Origin: Hydrurus foetidus
Taxonomy: Eukaryota
DNA: 64,000 nucleotides
Reading direction: 5' to 3'
NCBI GenBank assembly: GCA_900617105.1
Contig: UYFQ01000023.1
Span: 124,001 to 188,000, forward strand
A program made the translations under genes and the position numbers. The notes beneath the pieces are model-generated. The model searched no databases. It was not told the DNA's origin and was given only the letters and a program-made list of their open reading frames with translations. Shown in pieces: positions 59,914 to 64,000 of the stretch. Position 1 is the first letter of the stretch. The number at the start of each line of letters is the position of its first letter.

Positions 59914-61038
59914 TCATCCCTTGCGCAGCAACGCCGCCAAACTGAAGCTGTAACGGCCAGCGGCGGGATGAATGACCTTCGAATAGACACTGAAGTCCAA
60001 TGCCTCAGTCTGCTTATAGACGGCTTGGTCGTAGCGTGAGGCGTTCTTCTGGTTGATGGCGTGCATGTAATCGTATTTTTGAGAGGCGCCGCCCAGCGCA
60101 GCGAAGTCCTGACCGTGGTGGTAGTCGTGCAGCAGCACCATGGCCCAGGCACCGATGAAAAAGTGACTGCCCATGCTAGCGGCCAGCCCGCCCTCGTCCA
60201 TGCTAGTCAGCGCGTCAGGCCAACCACCTGTGCCACCGACCAGCACCCGGGCACCACGGGCCTTAACCGCACGCTGTGCGCCCAGCGCCATTGAATCGTT
60301 GGCGGCCCAAATGATGTTGGTCTGTGGGTAGCGGGCAAGCAAAATGCCAGCCTTGCTTTCTGCGTCGGCAGCGCCCCAGTCGCCAAATGCCAGTTGAAGC
60401 TGCTTGCCGCGCCCGGCGCGGGCAATGAAGTCGGTGACACCCTGTGCTCGCTCCATCGAGACCGGTGTGCTGCGGTCGCCAGTGATGCCGATCACCTGTG
60501 GCTCTCGGGGGCCGAGCTGTCTATATAAGTCTTCCATCAAGCGGTACTCCGTGCGCACCTCGTCGGTCGTCGCGGTGCCTATCCAGTTGCGTATTCCCTC
60601 GCGCTCGTTGCCGATCTCGCTGCGCTGCGCTGGTGTCAGGTCGTTATGGATCACCAATATTTTGGTTGGGGTGCGCGCAAACATCTGCAGCATCTTCAGC
60701 GCGGCCATTTTCTCGTTGACCATCACGACATAGTCCGGTAAATCAGCGCGCTGTGCCACGCTTTCGGCCTGGCGCAACATCTGCAGGTGGTCACGCTCTG
60801 CATATAAAACCTCAAGCTGCATTCCAAATGTCTTCGCAGCGACCGTCATCAGGCGCGATGTCATGCTCCAATGCGGCCCTTTCCCACGCTCAACGGGTTC
60901 GCCTGGATTAATAAAAACAACACGCGGCGCGGGCTGCTGCGCCACCGCAGACCCGGCGGAGCTCCAAACGCCGGCACCGGCAAGCAACACAGCTCGACGA
61001 TCAAGGGAGAAGTTGTTATGGACGGGTAAGTGATTCAT
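59914..61038 (-). CDS. Type I (sugar-binding-like) periplasmic binding protein
   Basis: RRAVLL signal, VVFINPG and IWAANDSMALGA; its stop lies 1 nt before the GGDEF-EAL start. Confidence 0.85.
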   Translation of the reverse strand: MNHLPVHNNFSLDRRAVLLAGAGVWSSAGSAVAQQPAPRVVFINPGEPVERGKGPHWSMTSRLMTVAAKTFGMQLEVLYAERDHLQMLRQAESVAQRADLPDYVVMVNEKMAALKMLQMFARTPTKILVIHNDLTPAQRSEIGNEREGIRNWIGTATTDEVRTEYRLMEDLYRQLGPREPQVIGITGDRSTPVSMERAQGVTDFIARAGRGKQLQLAFGDWGAADAESKAGILLARYPQTNIIWAANDSMALGAQRAVKARGARVLVGGTGGWPDALTSMDEGGLAASMGSHFFIGAWAMVLLHDYHHGQDFAALGGASQKYDYMHAINQKNASRYDQAVYKQTEALDFSVYSKVIHPAAGRYSFSLAALLRKG

Positions 61039-61429
61039 ATACGCGGTACTTACCAAATTTCCGAAAGAAGCAGAACTAGCCGGGAGGCAAGGGGCTAAAA
61101 AAGTTGTGGGCACCGCCTAAAAGGCCAGAAGATCAAGGTGCACAAGCCAAACTTGATACTCGAGAAGTGATACTACCTTGAGTCCGGTGAGCGTTACGCG
61201 ACCTTCCACCTTAACCTTACAAGGGGAGTTGGTGATGTACCAAGATCGCGGGTATGGCTGTAGTGGACTAATAAAAACAGACAACCCGTGCGCAGATAGA
61301 TCGCTTGTAAGCGCACAGCAAACTGCAAGAAGACGAATATGGCGTGAGCTAGCGCAACCGACTCGGAAAGCTTTCTAAAATACCCTGTACAGCAAACTGT
61401 CAATAACCTATAACCCCTGAAAGCTCCTC

Positions 61430-61708
61430 ATGGCACGCACCGTTAACTGCATCAAACTTGGCAAAGAAGCTGAAGGACTCGACTTCCCCCCCTACCCGCC
61501 ACAAACCGAGCTCGGTAAGCGCATCTGGGAAAGCGTCAGCAAAGAAGCCTGGGCCGCTTGGCTCAAGCAGCAGACGATGCTGGTGAACGAAAACCGTCTG
61601 AACCTCGCGGATCTCCGCTCACGCCAGTATTTGGCACGGCAAATGGAAAATCACTTTTTTGGCAACGGTGCCGATGTGGTGCAGGGCTACGTGCCACCCG
61701 CAGCCTGA
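61430..61708 (+). CDS. yggX: Fe(II)-trafficking / oxidative damage protection protein
   Basis: [17 protein letters not shown]...SKEAWAAW...[10 protein letters not shown]. Confidence 0.95.
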   Translation: MARTVNCIKLGKEAEGLDFPPYPPQTELGKRIWESVSKEAWAAWLKQQTMLVNENRLNLADLRSRQYLARQMENHFFGNGADVVQGYVPPAA

Positions 61709-61711
61709 TTG

Positions 61712-63604
61712 GTGGGCACAAGCCCGACTGAAAGCGCCACACGGTGGCGAATTCTGGACACCGACTTTGGCACGGGCCAGCATTTTTTAGCGGCTTGGCA
61801 TGCCTGGAAAACAAGGCCTGACCACTCCCAGCGGCGGCCCATCCTTCATTACTGCGCCATTACCGCGCAGCCTCTCAGTGCAGCAGCACTGCTGAATTCC
61901 ACCGCATCCTTTCCTGAATTGATAGCACTCGCTGCCACTTTGGCGGCGCAGTGGCATGGTTTGCAGCCTGGTTTTCACCGCCTCAGCTTGGACGACGGCC
62001 GTGTGCAGCTGACGCTGTGCGTGGGCGAGCTCAAAGCGAGCTTGCGCGAACTGGCTTTCACCGCCGACAGTGTGGTGCTGGCTGGCAGCAGCGAGCGCTG
62101 GGACATTCACACTGTAAAAGCCATCGCCCGTTGCTGCCACCGGGGCACGCACACCACGGCCACACACCTGACGCAGCCGATGCAGCAGGCGTTGGCGCAA
62201 TGTGGCTTTGTGCAGGACATGCTGAAAGGGTTGGATGGCACAGCCAACGCAGCCAACGGCACAACAAACCAAGCGACTTACAGCGCCACCTACAACCCAC
62301 GTTGGGAACCCAAAAACCGCCAAGCAGCCCCGCAGCGCTCAACGCCCGGCACCTGCACCGTCATCGGTGCGGGTTTGGCGGGGGCCGCCGTGGCCAACAG
62401 TTTGGCGCGGCGCGGCTGGCGTGTCACCGTGCTGGATGCCGCAGCCGAACCAGCCCAGGGTGCGTCCGGCATTCCCGCAGGCTTGGTGGTGCCGCATGTG
62501 TCTCCGGACGACAGCTTGCTCTCACGCCTGAGCCGCAGCGGGGTGCGCATCACGGTGCAGCAAGCACAGGCCTTGCTGCTGGTAGAAGGCAAAGATTGGG
62601 CGCTCAGCGGGGTGCTGGAGCACCGGGTAGATGGCAGCCCCGGCTTGCCATCCCGCATTTGCGTTGACCTTAGCGCTGACGTTCGCGCTGGTGTTGACAT
62701 TGACGCAGCCCCTGACACGGCCTGGAGCTGCCCCGCCACCCCAGCACAGTTGTCTGCAGCCCAGCTTGCGCCCGACACCCTGGCCGTCTGGCACAGCCAT
62801 GCGGCGTGGATCAAACCCGCCGCGCTGGTTGCAGGGCTGCTCAGGCACCCGAACATCACTTGGCGGGGCAACAGCCGGGTGCATGCGTTGCAACGCCTCC
62901 CCGCAGACAGCCCCGGCGGTGCCGCATGGCTGGCTTTGGACGAGACGGGGGCCGCGTTGGCGCAAGCCCAACTCACGGTGGTGGCTGCGGCTTACGCGAG
63001 CGAGCATGTGCTGAACGCAGTCACAACGCTGCCCCTGCAAGCGATTCGAGGGCAAATCTCTTGGGGTCTGCACCCACAGCAAGCCACACCCAACGCAGCC
63101 CCTGCCGCATCCCTGCCGCCCTTCCCCGTCAACGGCCAGGGCAGCGTGATTCCGCAGATTCCGACAGCGCAAGGCATGGCGTGGGCGGTGGGGGCGACGT
63201 TTGAGCGCGACCCATCGGATACCCACACCGAGACGCAAGCCACCGCACGGCGCCATGCCGAGAACCAAGTGCGCCTGCACCAGCTGCTGCCCCGCCCATC
63301 GCATCATCAGGCGGCACAGCTGACGGTAGACCAACCCAGCACCCAAGCCTTTATCGGCATCCGCTGTGCATCCCCTGATCGCCTGCCTTTGGTGGGCCCC
63401 CTGCCCGATACCGAAGACCTTTGGCTCGCCACCGCTATGGGCTCGCGGGGCTTAAGTTTGGCGCTGCTGTGCGCCGAACTGCTCGCCGCACGGCTGCACA
63501 ACGAGCCTTGGCCGGTGGAAAAACGTCTGGCCCAGGCGCTGGACGCTCAGCGCTTCACGATAAACCCGCCCACCCACAAACTGCGAGTCAACCCGCTACG
63601 ATAG
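61712..63604 (+). CDS. mnmC: MnmC-like FAD-dependent tRNA cmnm5s2U oxidoreductase with a degenerate N-terminal methyltransferase domain
   Basis: GAGLAG, GASG, RGQI, DRLPLVG and GSRGL in the FAD domain; remnant DTDFGTG in the MTase domain. Start uncertain. Confidence 0.8.
   Translation: MGTSPTESATRWRILDTDFGTGQHFLAAWHAWKTRPDHSQRRPILHYCAITAQPLSAAALLNSTASFPELIALAATLAAQWHGLQPGFHRLSLDDGRVQLTLCVGELKASLRELAFTADSVVLAGSSERWDIHTVKAIARCCHRGTHTTATHLTQPMQQALAQCGFVQDMLKGLDGTANAANGTTNQATYSATYNPRWEPKNRQAAPQRSTPGTCTVIGAGLAGAAVANSLARRGWRVTVLDAAAEPAQGASGIPAGLVVPHVSPDDSLLSRLSRSGVRITVQQAQALLLVEGKDWALSGVLEHRVDGSPGLPSRICVDLSADVRAGVDIDAAPDTAWSCPATPAQLSAAQLAPDTLAVWHSHAAWIKPAALVAGLLRHPNITWRGNSRVHALQRLPADSPGGAAWLALDETGAALAQAQLTVVAAAYASEHVLNAVTTLPLQAIRGQISWGLHPQQATPNAAPAASLPPFPVNGQGSVIPQIPTAQGMAWAVGATFERDPSDTHTETQATARRHAENQVRLHQLLPRPSHHQAAQLTVDQPSTQAFIGIRCASPDRLPLVGPLPDTEDLWLATAMGSRGLSLALLCAELLAARLHNEPWPVEKRLAQALDAQRFTINPPTHKLRVNPLR
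61910..61962 (+). repeat. Weak dispersed element copy (inside mnmC)
   Basis: Core TTTCCTGAATTGATAGC shares CTGAATTGATAGC with the copy at 19750. Confidence 0.4.
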
Positions 63605-63638
63605 GGGCTTGACCACCATTTTTTGGGGAGTTGCTCAC

Positions 63639-64000
63639 ATGTCTTCAACACCACATTCAATACCTGGACCTCGCCCCGTGAAAACAAAATTTCCCACCCA
63701 ATTCGGCATTGCCGTCAACTCGCTCACTTTTGTGCTGCTGATGGGCTGTGGCGGCGGGTCTACATCGACCGCCACCGTTGCGTCCACGACAGCCACAGCG
63801 CCAACAACATCCACAACCGTCACCACACCCGTGGTAGACCTCTGCCCCACAACGTCCAAAGGCCCAGCCACAGGCGTTTACACCGCCCCGGCCACCCCCA
63901 TCGCACAACTGCCGCTGGCCAAACGCGGTGCGGCCTTGGCGGCAGCGCTCGGCACCCCGCCGCGCTTGCTGGTGGGTTTGGGCACAGTGGACATCAGCGT
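63639..64000 (+). CDS. Putative lipoprotein with a Thr/Ser-rich linker (runs off the window)
   Basis: Not in the ORF track. Open from ATG 63639 behind GGGAG: ...LTFVLLMGCGGGSTSTATVASTTATAPTTSTTV..., with lipobox LMGC. Confidence 0.7.
   Translation, partial: MSSTPHSIPGPRPVKTKFPTQFGIAVNSLTFVLLMGCGGGSTSTATVASTTATAPTTSTTVTTPVVDLCPTTSKGPATGVYTAPATPIAQLPLAKRGAALAAALGTPPRLLVGLGTVDIS

Noticed and set aside
61039..61429. AT-richer intergenic region with small ORFs; possible sRNA
   Set aside because: No recognisable RNA structure or coding signal; consistent with divergent promoters.
1..64000. CRISPR array, tRNA/rRNA, cobalamin riboswitch
   Set aside because: No regularly spaced repeats or recognisable RNA motifs seen by eye; an Rfam/tRNAscan run would be needed to exclude them fully.

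Overview
GC-rich chromosomal segment, most likely from the Comamonadaceae (Rhodoferax-like; inferred from Bug-family expansion and gene content). No rRNA, tRNA, CRISPR array, integrase or transposase was seen. Content, left to right: (1) a GNAT, a degenerate cytochrome P450 lacking the heme Cys, and a divergent second cobT; (2) a LysR-controlled cluster resembling itaconate/methylsuccinate catabolism (hydratase, acyl-CoA dehydrogenase, CoA-transferase, MmgE/PrpD, two Bug proteins) with no citramalyl-CoA lyase; (3) a ~15 kb AraC-linked acyl-CoA catabolic cluster (SCP2 thiolase, MaoC pair, Cys-less thiolase plus DUF35, ligases, ACADs, SDR, Bug proteins), followed by a diguanylate cyclase and a further SDR; (4) bioB plus late cobalamin genes (cbiB, cobD, cobQ, cobT, cobS, cobC); (5) a GNAT-RHH TA pair, orphan algI/algJ-like genes, def, SnoaL and an MCP; (6) a decaying catabolic module (frameshifted LysR, crotonase, CoA-transferase, ACAD pair, two deleted Bug genes); (7) DMT, transglutaminase-like, VapBC-like TA, two MFS, DUF1566, a periplasmic binding protein coupled to a GGDEF-EAL sensor, yggX, an mnmC with a degenerate methyltransferase domain, and a partial lipoprotein. 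The most striking non-genic signal is a dispersed ~54-bp element with a 17-bp imperfect palindromic core (GCTAY-N7-RTAGC), found by eye about 13 times, both between genes and overlaid in frame on coding sequence, including three Bug signal peptides.
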